DNA of 49,919 nt from an uncultured Gammaproteobacteria bacterium (GCA_964628435.1 CAZVON010000001.1:1-49919), one strand, 5' to 3'; counted from the stretch's first letter, positions 1 to 8,673 are shown. Translations and numbers: made by a program. The notes: generated from the letters alone by a model not told the origin.

Positions 1-333
1 GTTTATCTCATAACGTTTAAACTCATTTTTAAGGAAGCCATAATCAAAACGAGCGTTATGAGCGACAAAAATCGCGCCATCCAGAAGCTTAAATAATTTG
101 TCTTTTATGTCGTCAAATGTTGGCGCGTTTTCTAGTTCTTGAGCAGAGATACCTGTGAGTTTTTCTATTTGCGGATTTATAAATGTATTTGGACTAACCA
201 AAGAGTGGAACGTTGAATCGACAGCGCCATGAGAAACAACGATTACTCCAACTTCAATAATCCGATCCACAGTCGGTCGCATTCCAGTAGTCTCTACATC
301 TATAAATGCAAGTTTCTTAGGCAGGAACTCCAT
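1..333 (-). CDS. DEDDh 3'-5' exonuclease domain protein (DNA polymerase III epsilon / DnaQ-like), C-terminal part cut by window edge
   Basis: Not in the ORF track because it runs off the window. Hand translation of the minus strand from ATG at 333-331 gives MEFLPKKLAFIDVETTGMRPTVDRIIEVGVIVV...LDGAIFVAHNARFDYGFLKNEFKRYEIN. Exo I (DVETTG) and Exo II (AHNARFD) motifs are present. Confidence 0.75.
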   Translation of the reverse strand, partial: MEFLPKKLAFIDVETTGMRPTVDRIIEVGVIVVSHGAVDSTFHSLVSPNTFINPQIEKLTGISAQELENAPTFDDIKDKLFKLLDGAIFVAHNARFDYGFLKNEFKRYEIN

Positions 334-506
334 TGTGTATTGGTGCAAATCAACATACTAGCAAAAAATGTTCAAAAATACAATTGTGTCTTCTATCGTT
401 TCTCTTACATCATTTTTGCTGTGTTCTTAACCTGAAAATTTACTATAACAACTAATGTATACACGTATATTGTAGGGAAAAAGAGGGGAGGTGAACAATC
501 AATACT

Positions 507-758
507 ATGGACTTGTTAGCCTGGATTATTTTTGGACTCATCACGGGAGTTGTTGCAAACGCTATTGATCCCCACCCATCTTCTGGTGGGGTAGTAGGAG
601 CAATTGTTTTAGGCGTAGTCGGAGCAGTAATTGGAGGATTTATAGCAAACCTCACTTTTGGAGTTGGAGTAACTGGTTTTAATGTTACTTCATTTGCCGT
701 TGCAATACTCGGAGCATTACTATTGTTATACGTTGGAAGAGCACTACGAAGAGCATAA
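507..758 (+). CDS. GlsB/YeaQ/YmgE family (transglycosylase-associated) small stress membrane protein
   Basis: 83 aa, Gly-rich with 3 TM segments (MDLLAWIIFGLITGVVANAI...GAIVLGVVGAVIGGFIANL), typical of this family. GGAGGTGAA lies at 487-495 upstream. Confidence 0.8.
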   Translation: MDLLAWIIFGLITGVVANAIDPHPSSGGVVGAIVLGVVGAVIGGFIANLTFGVGVTGFNVTSFAVAILGALLLLYVGRALRRA

Positions 759-772
759 CACATTTAAGAAAC

Positions 773-800
773 AAGGTAGGGTGATTACTCACCCTACCTT
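773..800 (+). terminator. Intrinsic terminator-like hairpin after the GlsB-like gene
   Basis: Perfect 12-bp stem AAGGTAGGGTGA (773-784) / TCACCCTACCTT (789-800) with a TTAC loop. The downstream T-tract is only weak (ACTAATATATTTT). Confidence 0.55.
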
Positions 801-856
801 ACTAATATATTTTCGTTCCGAATACTATAAGCTTCTCAAGTTGAATAGAAAATACT

Positions 857-1093
857 ATGAATTCATTAGATATTTTATTCTATACGCTCTCAATCACCGT
901 GTTATTATTGGTTGGGATTTTAGGATACATTGGAATTCACCTAGTTAAGACTCTTAAAAGCATTGAAAAGTTGATAAACGATATGGAAAATATTTCACAT
1001 GGTATAAGACAACTTAAAAACGCTATAAAATATGGATCTCTACAGGCGGTATCAACGATATTCCATCTATTTACAACATTATTAAGGAGGTGA
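857..1093 (+). CDS. Small membrane-anchored coiled-coil protein, DUF948-like
   Basis: 78 aa with an N-terminal TM followed by a helical region (LVKTLKSIEKLINDMENISHGIRQLKN). It is paired with a YtxH-like gene as in Firmicutes ytxG/ytxH-type pairs. Its stop codon TGA is embedded in the SD of the next gene (AGGAGGTGA). Confidence 0.5.
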   Translation: MNSLDILFYTLSITVLLLVGILGYIGIHLVKTLKSIEKLINDMENISHGIRQLKNAIKYGSLQAVSTIFHLFTTLLRR

Positions 1094-1097
1094 AAAT

Positions 1098-1355
1098 ATG
1101 ACAGATCAGCGCGAAGGAAATAATCTAAATGCGTTTGGAGTAGGACTGATCGGAGTAATTGCGGGAGCGCTTGGCTCCCTTATTGCGCTTTCCTTTTTAA
1201 GTAAAGACAATCGAAGAAAAATAGAAAAAAGAATGGACGAATTTAAAGAAAACGCTGCTAAAACACTTGACGACATAAAAAACAAATCTGAAGATATAGA
1301 AAATGGAATCAGAGAAAATGCGGAAGTATTAAAAGAAGGATCAAAAGATAAATAG
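1098..1355 (+). CDS. YtxH-like general stress protein
   Basis: 85 aa with a Gly-rich TM (FGVGLIGVIAGALGSLIALSFL) followed by a charged helical tail. A perfect SD (AAGGAGGTGA) ends 7 nt before the ATG. Confidence 0.6.
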   Translation: MTDQREGNNLNAFGVGLIGVIAGALGSLIALSFLSKDNRRKIEKRMDEFKENAAKTLDDIKNKSEDIENGIRENAEVLKEGSKDK

Positions 1356-1475
1356 TCCATTCCTTCTCTTGATCAATGTAATATGTTAGTAAGAAAATAT
1401 TCTTGCCTCAAAATTTAAGGCACAAAAACATTTTTTTTGGAGTTTACATTTTATTGTCTTTATGTAAGAATAGGC

Positions 1476-2651
1476 ATGCCGTTTATGGAAAAGATTTTAG
1501 AAGAAATAAACAAGGCTGGATTAAAATTTCTAGAACCCCTTTCTCCAGATAAAATGTATATAATAATCGTAAATGAAGCAATTAAGCTGGCAAAAGGGGA
1601 TGAAGGATTAATTCTTCTAAAAACTAATCATGGACTTAAAACTGTCTATGGATCAACTCCTGCTACCGCTTCGGTTAAACCGCGGAAACGAGGATACGCA
1701 TACCAAGCATATAGAACAAAAAAAGCATTTGTCGTCCACTCAGAAGATATGAAAGGTCATGATATGGGTACCGTTAAACTTGGCGTTCGTTCTTGGCTTT
1801 TTATTCCGCTTTCTTATAAAAATAAATCAATAGGCGCACTCGTGGTTCGTTCTTTTAAAGATAAGGCATTCACACAGCAACAATTGAAAATTCTAGAACT
1901 GTTCGGATCAATGGCAAGTTTAGCAATTAAAAAAACTCAAGCTTATGAAGAAACGAAAAAAGCATTAGAAGTTCGGGATTTATTCATTGCAATGGCAGCT
2001 CATGAACTTCGTACCCCGCTTACCACTATCAACGGTTATATTCAGCTACTTCGTTCAAAAACACAAACTGATACTTCTATTCTTTCAAAATGGACTGACG
2101 AATTATTTTGGGAAAGTAAACGGTTAACAAGACTTATTGGAGAACTCCTGGAAATCAATAAAATTAAAACAGGACAGTTACAATATAATTGGAAAGATTG
2201 TAGTATAAGAAACGTTGTACAGAAAGCGTTGAATAACTTTCAGTTTAACTACCCAAAAAGAACTGTCAGTTTTATTGATGAGTTACAAAACGGGAACGAT
2301 ATTATCATTGGTGATTCAGAAAAGCTTCTACAAGCAGTCACAAATCTTTTAGATAACGCCGTCAAATACTCTGCCGACCATACACGTATTGTGTTAACTC
2401 TCAAATCAAACATTCAACATGTCATTCTTGAAGTAAAAGACGAAGGCACTGGCATACATCAAAAAGATATGCCACTTGTTTTCCAAGAATTTTACAAAGG
2501 AGAAAATCGAAAAGAGGATAAGCGTGGAATAGGAGTAGGACTATTTCTTACTAAAAATATTATTGCTCAACACCACGGAAGTATTCAGTTATACTCAAAA
2601 ATAGAAGCAGGTACGCGAGTAGAAATCAAACTACCGAAATTAAAAGCATGA
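1476..2651 (+). CDS. Sensor histidine kinase with N-terminal GAF-like domain
   Basis: H-box AAHELRTPLTTINGYIQLL, N-box LLDNAVKYS, and G-boxes DEGTGI / GIGVGL. The track ORF starts at a TTG at 1437, but the ATG at 1476 (or 1485) is more likely. Confidence 0.85.
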   Translation: MPFMEKILEEINKAGLKFLEPLSPDKMYIIIVNEAIKLAKGDEGLILLKTNHGLKTVYGSTPATASVKPRKRGYAYQAYRTKKAFVVHSEDMKGHDMGTVKLGVRSWLFIPLSYKNKSIGALVVRSFKDKAFTQQQLKILELFGSMASLAIKKTQAYEETKKALEVRDLFIAMAAHELRTPLTTINGYIQLLRSKTQTDTSILSKWTDELFWESKRLTRLIGELLEINKIKTGQLQYNWKDCSIRNVVQKALNNFQFNYPKRTVSFIDELQNGNDIIIGDSEKLLQAVTNLLDNAVKYSADHTRIVLTLKSNIQHVILEVKDEGTGIHQKDMPLVFQEFYKGENRKEDKRGIGVGLFLTKNIIAQHHGSIQLYSKIEAGTRVEIKLPKLKA

Positions 2652-3790
2652 GAAGTATTTACGAAACAGCATCTCCTCAAAGATTCTTTAATCGCGACAT
2701 TGGCATGTTCGCTCGCCAGGATCCAGAACTTGAACACATGATGATGCTCAATCCTGAAGCACCTTTGGATGATCATCTTAACCTGTATCCTCTCAGAGAA
2801 ACAGTCGTTTCAGCGCTTGAAAGAGTTGCTTCTGATAATGGAACTGTACATCTTTATGTTATGGGACCAACAGGCACTGGAAAAGAAGCAACTATAACGC
2901 ATATTATTCATCTGCTTACTCATGAATCAAGTTCCGAGACTCCACAAGACAAAGCATTGAGAAGACGCCTTCAAGAATTAGAAAAAAAAACTGGAAAGCC
3001 GCTCGTTATCGAACACTACTCAACATCCACAGGATATAACAGAGCCATGGTAAAAGGAGATATAACAAGCCCCATAGGATATTTTCAACCTCATGAAGTA
3101 AACGCAACAAATAATTCAATAATCGAAAGAAAAAAAGAATGTGGAGCTGAAAATCCAGGACGTAAACTTGAAATTAATGAATTTCCTATTGTCGGTTTCC
3201 CAGATAACCCATTTGGCGTCCCTCCCCTATTATCTGATCTTGCGCTCATGCGGCAAGAACCTAACAAGCATATTGTACTTGGTTTATTTATTAACCCAAC
3301 GGTAGAACTTCAAGAAAGATCATTATTAATGAGAGAACATATTGCACAAGCGCCAACTCCTCAAGAAGCCCAACAAGCAGCTCAAGGCAATCTTATGAAA
3401 ATGGATCGACCCATTGATCCAGAATCTGATAGTAAGAGTTGGGGAGGGAAAAAAGCAGCCGCTAATAACGACCAAGTAGCATATAGAGATGCTTTTGAAA
3501 ATCAAGATGAAATCAGAAAAACCGTAGATCCAAACCTCCCTCAGTTTAAAATCGAAGATTTAGAAAAAGACTCCGAAGTACGAGAAGTAGTTCTTACTGC
3601 GCGATCCCGTTGGCTTGGAAGAAAATTAGGATTTCCTGATAACAACCTATTTATTCGCTACAACGCAAAACTTCCAGGATATCAAATTCCTTTTTACAGG
3701 GAAGGAATTATAGAAAAAAGCGCGGTGTGGGATATTAAAAATAAAAGGCCAAAACAAGGTTGGACTTTCTCTTTTCAAGACGCAGCGTAA
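2648..3790 (+). CDS. Hypothetical soluble protein with degenerate P-loop-like motif (GPTGTGKE), translationally coupled to the histidine kinase
   Basis: 380-aa ORF whose ATG overlaps the kinase stop (ATGA at 2648-2651). It has no TM segments and I do not recognise the family. Confidence 0.6.
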   Translation: MRSIYETASPQRFFNRDIGMFARQDPELEHMMMLNPEAPLDDHLNLYPLRETVVSALERVASDNGTVHLYVMGPTGTGKEATITHIIHLLTHESSSETPQDKALRRRLQELEKKTGKPLVIEHYSTSTGYNRAMVKGDITSPIGYFQPHEVNATNNSIIERKKECGAENPGRKLEINEFPIVGFPDNPFGVPPLLSDLALMRQEPNKHIVLGLFINPTVELQERSLLMREHIAQAPTPQEAQQAAQGNLMKMDRPIDPESDSKSWGGKKAAANNDQVAYRDAFENQDEIRKTVDPNLPQFKIEDLEKDSEVREVVLTARSRWLGRKLGFPDNNLFIRYNAKLPGYQIPFYREGIIEKSAVWDIKNKRPKQGWTFSFQDAA

Positions 3791-4462
3791 CTAATCCTTT
3801 ACCGTATACCCAAATCCTCGCACCGAGTGAATCAGTTTTTTGTCAAATCCATTATCAATTTTTTTGCGAAGATATCCCATATAGACATCGATAACCCGCG
3901 TTTCTATATCTGGTGAATACATCCACACTCTATTTAAAATCATTTCTCGAGTTAAAATTCTTCCTTTATTGCTCATAAGGTATTGAAGCAACTTAAATTC
4001 TTTTGAGGTTAAGGAAATTACTCGCCCCCCCCGTCGAACTTCAAGCGTTTCGTTATTGAGTTCTAGATCTCCAACCTGCAATTTTATGTCTGTGCCTTTC
4101 TGATACCTTAGTCTTGCTTTAATCCGCGCTATTAACTCATCTGAGACAAACGGCTTTGTCATATAATCATCAGCACCAATGTCTAACCCTTGCACAATAT
4201 CGTTGATAGAGTCTTTTGCGGTTAAAATAATAATACGAAGGGTTGGAAATTTTTTTCGTATTTCTGAACAAACTGCTTCTCCCGTCATATTAGGAAGACC
4301 AAGATCAAGAATTATCAAGTCTGGAGGAAGTTTTTGAATTGTGTTTAATGCCGCAACACCATCTGATACTATTTGCACCGAGTATCCATTGTCTATCAGT
4401 AGTTCTTTTAAGTAAGTTTGTAATCCTTTATCATCTTCGACTACTAATATCGAACTTACCAT
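3791..4462 (-). CDS. OmpR/PhoB-family response regulator (receiver + winged-helix)
   Basis: ILVVEDD...DLIILDLGLP...TAK receiver motifs, with a C-terminal LTSKEFKLLQYL...VRGFGY winged helix. The ATG at 4462 is preferred over the TTG at 4471. Its stop abuts the stop of the convergent gene (3790|3791). Confidence 0.9.
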   Translation of the reverse strand: MVSSILVVEDDKGLQTYLKELLIDNGYSVQIVSDGVAALNTIQKLPPDLIILDLGLPNMTGEAVCSEIRKKFPTLRIIILTAKDSINDIVQGLDIGADDYMTKPFVSDELIARIKARLRYQKGTDIKLQVGDLELNNETLEVRRGGRVISLTSKEFKLLQYLMSNKGRILTREMILNRVWMYSPDIETRVIDVYMGYLRKKIDNGFDKKLIHSVRGFGYTVKD

Positions 4463-4574
4463 ACAACACAATATAGCAACTCATTGTTGAAATCACAATA
4501 TACCTTTACAATTTCTTGCGAATTTCTTACAAAAAAGTTATTTGATGTTGTGCTCAAAAAATGATAATACTTAC

Positions 4575-5660
4575 ATGAAAATTGCTCAAATTGCTCCTTT
4601 GATTGAACGGGTTCCTCCCAAAAAATATGGTGGCACAGAACGAGTTATTTATGCACTCACAGAAGAATTAGTACGAAGAAATCACGATGTTACTTTATTT
4701 GCAACAGCAGATTCTATCACGTCTGCTCGTCTTGTCTCAGTGTTTCCTAAAAGTCTTAGGGAAAGTCGAGTCAAAGAAGTATATGGACCAAATGCTTGGA
4801 GTATGCTTAATATAGGTCTTGCATATCAAATGCAAAAAAAATTTGACATTATTCATGATCATAATAACGCAATTAGCCTCCCCACCGCAAACATTGCTCA
4901 AACTCCAGTTGTGATGACGCTTCATGGAGCATTTAATGTGAGTAACATTCGATTATTCCAATCACTGAACAATTCATTTTTTGTGTGTATCTCAAAATCT
5001 CAGTCTGCTTCTTTATCTAAAATTCCTGTTGCACAAACTATTTATAATGGACTCGCAATGAATCATTACCCATTTTCTACAAAACCAGAGAAATACCTTC
5101 TCTGTGTCGGAAGAATTTCTATCGAGAAAGGTATTCATTATGCTATCGAAGTCGCGGAGTATCTTAATTTACCATTAATTATTGCTGCTAAACTTGAACC
5201 TTCTGATTCTGGGTATTACAGATACTATATCGAGCCAAATTTATCTTCGGATATTCGATGGATTGGAGAAGTAGACGAAAAACAACGAAATTTACTTATG
5301 AGTAAAGCTCTTTGCGTGCTACATCCAGTAACATGGAAAGAACCTTTTGGTCTTACGCTGATTGAATCAATGGCGTGTGGTACACCGGTTATAGGATTTC
5401 GGAAAGGATCTATCCCTGAAATTATTCAACATGGGAAAACTGGGTTTGTTGTAGAAGACGCAGAAGAAATGGCAGAAGCAATTACTCACCTACCATCTAT
5501 CAGTAGACACTACTGTAGATCATATGCATTATCAAACTTTAGTGCACATCGCATGGCAGATGAATACGAAGATCTTTATGAGAAAATAATCAAAAAAATA
5601 AAAAGTAAGGATTATCTATTTTCTCCTCCACAACCGACAGTAAAAATACCCATTGATTAA
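4575..5660 (+). CDS. Glycosyltransferase family 4 (GT-B, group 1)
   Basis: MKIAQIAPLIERVPPKKYGGTERVIYALTEEL N-terminus and an E-x7-E region (EPFGLTLIESMACGTPVI). The ATG at 4575 is preferred. Confidence 0.8.
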   Translation: MKIAQIAPLIERVPPKKYGGTERVIYALTEELVRRNHDVTLFATADSITSARLVSVFPKSLRESRVKEVYGPNAWSMLNIGLAYQMQKKFDIIHDHNNAISLPTANIAQTPVVMTLHGAFNVSNIRLFQSLNNSFFVCISKSQSASLSKIPVAQTIYNGLAMNHYPFSTKPEKYLLCVGRISIEKGIHYAIEVAEYLNLPLIIAAKLEPSDSGYYRYYIEPNLSSDIRWIGEVDEKQRNLLMSKALCVLHPVTWKEPFGLTLIESMACGTPVIGFRKGSIPEIIQHGKTGFVVEDAEEMAEAITHLPSISRHYCRSYALSNFSAHRMADEYEDLYEKIIKKIKSKDYLFSPPQPTVKIPID

Positions 5661-5680
5661 TCGTATTATTCTTGCTCAGC

Positions 5681-5707
5681 TTGACAGGTCTTTAAAAAAA
5701 GTATAAT
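5681..5707 (+). promoter_or_regulatory. Sigma70-like promoter upstream of the GDE-like gene
   Basis: TTGACA (5681-5686), a 15-nt spacer, then TATAAT (5702-5707). Confidence 0.45.
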
Positions 5708-5734
5708 CTTGATTTCTTGGATTCATCCTGCCCA

Positions 5735-7006
5735 ATGGTTTTACAGCGATTACGCAACCAGTTTTATAATTCATTATTGTTTCTTGCAACTCACGAAGGT
5801 ATCAATGCCTCAGGGAAAAACGAGATATACGGATGTATCTTTGGAAGAGACAGCGCAATTACCATTCTTAAAATTCTGAGAACGCACAAGAAACAACCTG
5901 ATTCTTTACTTCTTGCTATTGTCCGCCGTAGTCTTTTAACACTAATCTCTTTACAAGGAAAAGAAATAAATATTGAAAGCGGAGAAGAACCTGGTAAGTA
6001 TATTCATGAATTTCGCAAAGAGAAATTTGATCACCTGGTAGTAAATCGAGCACGTCCGTGGTTTGTTTACTGTGACGGAAAACTTAGAAATTATGATTCC
6101 ATTGATTCAACTCCCCTTACGTTAATCGCTTTATATAAATACTGGCAAATAACTAATGACAATGAATTTTTGCTAAAAGCACTACCTTCGATAGAAGCTG
6201 GTTTAAACTGGATTATTACCTATGGGGATATAGATAAAGATATACTTATTGAATATGAATTTCCTATAAATCGAAAATCAGGAGGGTTAGTGGTACAGTC
6301 GTGGACTGATTCCAAGGACTCACTCATCCAATTCGATGGATCTTTTCCAGCGTACCCTATCGCTCCTGTAGAGGCTCAAGGATATGCATGGCTTGCAATG
6401 AAAGTATGGTCTGACTTCTATAAAAATTATTCATTTTCTTTTTCAAACAGATTATCTGCTCAAGCGCATGCCCTTAAAAAAAGGTTTAATGAACTTTTTA
6501 TGTATAAAGACAATAACTTAACGTATGCAATACAAGCACTGGACGGTTATAAAAGGCAAATTAAAACAATAACTGCTAATCCTCTTCTTTGTTTATGGGC
6601 AGCATACCATGGAGATACTCAAACCGAATGCATAATTGATGACATATTTATTCACGATTTAATAACAAGAGCTTTTCAACCTGATCTATTTGTCGAAGAT
6701 GCCGGAATAAGAACAATGAGTACTTTATCACCAACATATAATTCTGGTAAGAATTCTTATCACAACGGAAGCTTCTGGCCAATGTTAAACGGTTTAATAA
6801 TAGAAGGCCTTGAAAATTTTGGATATTATCATCAGGCTTCACTTCTTAAACAAGCTTCAATTTTACCACTACTCTATTTTGGATCTCCAGTAGAACTTTA
6901 TATCAAAACTCAAAACGCTTACGAACTATACTGTTCTGCAAATGGACAAGTAAGTTGTAAAGAGCAAGCCTGGTCAGCAGCTGCAGCTTTAGATTGGCTC
7001 ACATAA
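5735..7006 (+). CDS. Amylo-alpha-1,6-glucosidase / glycogen-debranching-enzyme C-terminal-like (six-hairpin glycosidase) protein
   Basis: Family-typical segments: GCIFGRDSAITIL, QSWTDSKDS, VEAQGYAW and YHNGSFWPMLNGLIIEGL. Confidence 0.75.
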   Translation: MVLQRLRNQFYNSLLFLATHEGINASGKNEIYGCIFGRDSAITILKILRTHKKQPDSLLLAIVRRSLLTLISLQGKEINIESGEEPGKYIHEFRKEKFDHLVVNRARPWFVYCDGKLRNYDSIDSTPLTLIALYKYWQITNDNEFLLKALPSIEAGLNWIITYGDIDKDILIEYEFPINRKSGGLVVQSWTDSKDSLIQFDGSFPAYPIAPVEAQGYAWLAMKVWSDFYKNYSFSFSNRLSAQAHALKKRFNELFMYKDNNLTYAIQALDGYKRQIKTITANPLLCLWAAYHGDTQTECIIDDIFIHDLITRAFQPDLFVEDAGIRTMSTLSPTYNSGKNSYHNGSFWPMLNGLIIEGLENFGYYHQASLLKQASILPLLYFGSPVELYIKTQNAYELYCSANGQVSCKEQAWSAAAALDWLT

Positions 7007-7133
7007 ATTCTCATCATACTGCCTAGTTCTATCCAATCTCTTACATATTTTTTGTTGTGTTCTTATTGTAAATCCATACCATACATCTGATGTTGACGTT
7101 AACTTAACACCTATGAAGGGAGGTGAAACTGAT

Positions 7134-7316
7134 ATGAATAACAATAGAAAAAGTAGCCGTGGATTCGCATCTATGGACCGTGATAAACAACGTCAAATAG
7201 CAAGCAAGGGTGGAATTGCAGCACATCAAAAAGGAACCGCGCATGAGTTTACCTCTGAAGAGGCTCGAGCCGCAGGAAGAAAAGGCGGAAAAGCTAGAAG
7301 TAAAAAAAATCGATAG
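7134..7316 (+). CDS. KGG-repeat stress-induced protein (YciG/GsiB-like)
   Basis: ASKGGIAAHQKG and GRKGGKARS KGG motifs. GGAGG at 7119-7123 lies 10 nt before the ATG at 7134. The track start at 7113 lies upstream of this SD. Confidence 0.75.
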   Translation: MNNNRKSSRGFASMDRDKQRQIASKGGIAAHQKGTAHEFTSEEARAAGRKGGKARSKKNR

Positions 7317-7332
7317 CCGGTCTCTCGCTCTG

Positions 7333-7359
7333 AACAGATGGTCGCCATGACCATCTGTT
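7333..7359 (+). terminator. Intrinsic terminator-like hairpin after the KGG gene
   Basis: 11-bp stem AACAGATGGTC (7333-7343) / GACCATCTGTT (7349-7359) with loop GCCAT, followed by a T-containing tail. Confidence 0.55.
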
Positions 7360-7395
7360 TATAATGACTTTTTATATTTAAAGGAGGTGAAAATA

Positions 7396-7599
7396 ATGGC
7401 ATATACTTATGTGAATGCAAAGAATCAAAAATTTTATTTATATACTCAAGATGTTACCTTACGAGGAAGCGGTCGTAAACAAAGAATCTACTATTTTAAA
7501 AAAAATCTCGGCGAAAATGCCTTAGATGACGTACCGCAAGGGTATACCGTGGTAGAAAACCAAAGGACAGGACTGCCAGTACTTAAAAAAACTGAATAA
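7396..7599 (+). CDS. Small conserved-looking hypothetical protein (67 aa)
   Basis: AAAGGAGGTGA SD ends 8 nt before the ATG at 7396. The sequence is MAYTYVNAKNQKFYLYTQDVTLRGSGRKQRIYYFKK...GYTVVENQRTGLPVLKK. Function unknown. Confidence 0.65.
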   Translation: MAYTYVNAKNQKFYLYTQDVTLRGSGRKQRIYYFKKNLGENALDDVPQGYTVVENQRTGLPVLKKTE

Positions 7600-7613
7600 T
7601 CAAATTACGTACT

Positions 7614-7823
7614 ATGTTTAAAGGATTTAAAGTTCCTATTTCTTATTTTGCAAAAATACCTCTACCTCCTATAGATAAAGATACTGTAATAAATAATTAT
7701 TATGGTACTTCGCTTGATATATCCGCAAGCATTTCTCCTATACGAGACAAAAACGGTGTAATTATTGGGACTTCAACGCTCTCGCGAGATATAACTGAGC
7801 AAAAAAACCTGGACAAGAATTAA
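7614..7823 (+). pseudogene. Relic of a PAS-domain sensor (C-terminal PAS strands only)
   Basis: The ORF ends ...SASISPIRDKNGVIIGTSTLSRDITEQK, the canonical end of a PAS fold, but the N-terminal half of the fold is absent. Downstream linker-like peptides appear only in other frames. Confidence 0.5.
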
Positions 7824-7894
7824 AAAAATCAAAAGCGTATCTTTGAAAGGTTCTTTCGATCACTTGATCACAAAAAAGAAACTTTAAAATAATT

Positions 7895-8254
7895 ATGGGC
7901 AAAAAAATTTTAGTAATAGACGACGACATAGCTATTCTTGAAGTCATCAAGATCATTCTTGAAGAAAAAAATTATGACGTAATAACTGTTAATAATGGAG
8001 CACTTATATCTTCTCATATACAGCGAGAATTACCAGATCTTATTTTGTTAGATATTTGGATGTCAGGATACGACGGACGAGACGTAGCAATCTTTTTAAA
8101 AAGTCAAAAGAGAACCCAACATATCCCAATAATTATCATTTCTGCAAACAACGAAACTGAGCTTATTGCAAAAGATTGTCGGGCAGATGGTTTCTTAGCT
8201 AAACCTTTTGATATCCATGACCTTATCCAGATCATTGAAAACACATTGAAATAA
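7895..8254 (+). CDS. Single-domain response regulator (CheY-like receiver)
   Basis: KILVIDDD...DLILLDIWMSGYDG...IIIISA...KPF receiver signature. 119 aa with no output domain. Confidence 0.9.
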   Translation: MGKKILVIDDDIAILEVIKIILEEKNYDVITVNNGALISSHIQRELPDLILLDIWMSGYDGRDVAIFLKSQKRTQHIPIIIISANNETELIAKDCRADGFLAKPFDIHDLIQIIENTLK

Positions 8255-8339
8255 TTAAAAAATGGCCCAGTTTCTATCTGATTTCTTACACTCTTTTTGC
8301 ATGTAATTAAATTTCTTCATGGTATAGTTATATGGCTTC

Positions 8340-8495
8340 ATGAGAAAAAAAACACTCTTTATCAAAAAAATAGGCCGATTAGATCCCATGCAACTTATTC
8401 TTATAAATGCGATCTCAATGATGGCAACTTATAAAGGTAATAAAATACTGATTAGTGAAACGCCAAATTACCCAAGGTTCTTAAAAGAAGTATAA
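8340..8495 (+). CDS. Candidate 51-aa ORF in a long intergenic region (very uncertain)
   Basis: Hand-found ORF MRKKTLFIKKIGRLDPMQLILINAISMMATYKGNKILISETPNYPRFLKEV. It has no SD, and an AT-rich -10-like sequence lies just upstream. It could equally be noise or a gene remnant. Confidence 0.2.
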   Translation: MRKKTLFIKKIGRLDPMQLILINAISMMATYKGNKILISETPNYPRFLKEV

Positions 8496-8644
8496 AAATA
8501 TACCTTAAAGAATTGTGTATGAAAGCTTGGTATCTACACACAGAGATAGATTATTATAAAGACAATAAAGGACCGCCCCCATAGGGAGTTTTGTAGTTTC
8601 TTTCCCCTTTATTACATAGATTATATGGATTTTTAAAATACCTC

Positions 8645-8673
8645 TTGACAAATCAGAAATCCTTTGTTATATT
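8645..8673 (+). promoter_or_regulatory. Near-consensus sigma70-like promoter upstream of the GH18 gene
   Basis: TTGACA (8645-8650), a 17-nt spacer, then TATATT (8668-8673). It is preceded by CCTC, as in the promoter at 29281. Confidence 0.6.

Noticed and set aside
7113-7133. Upstream ATG (MKGGETD...) as the start of the KGG protein.
   Set aside because: The SD (GGAGG at 7119-7123) lies inside this extension and is correctly spaced for the ATG at 7134.
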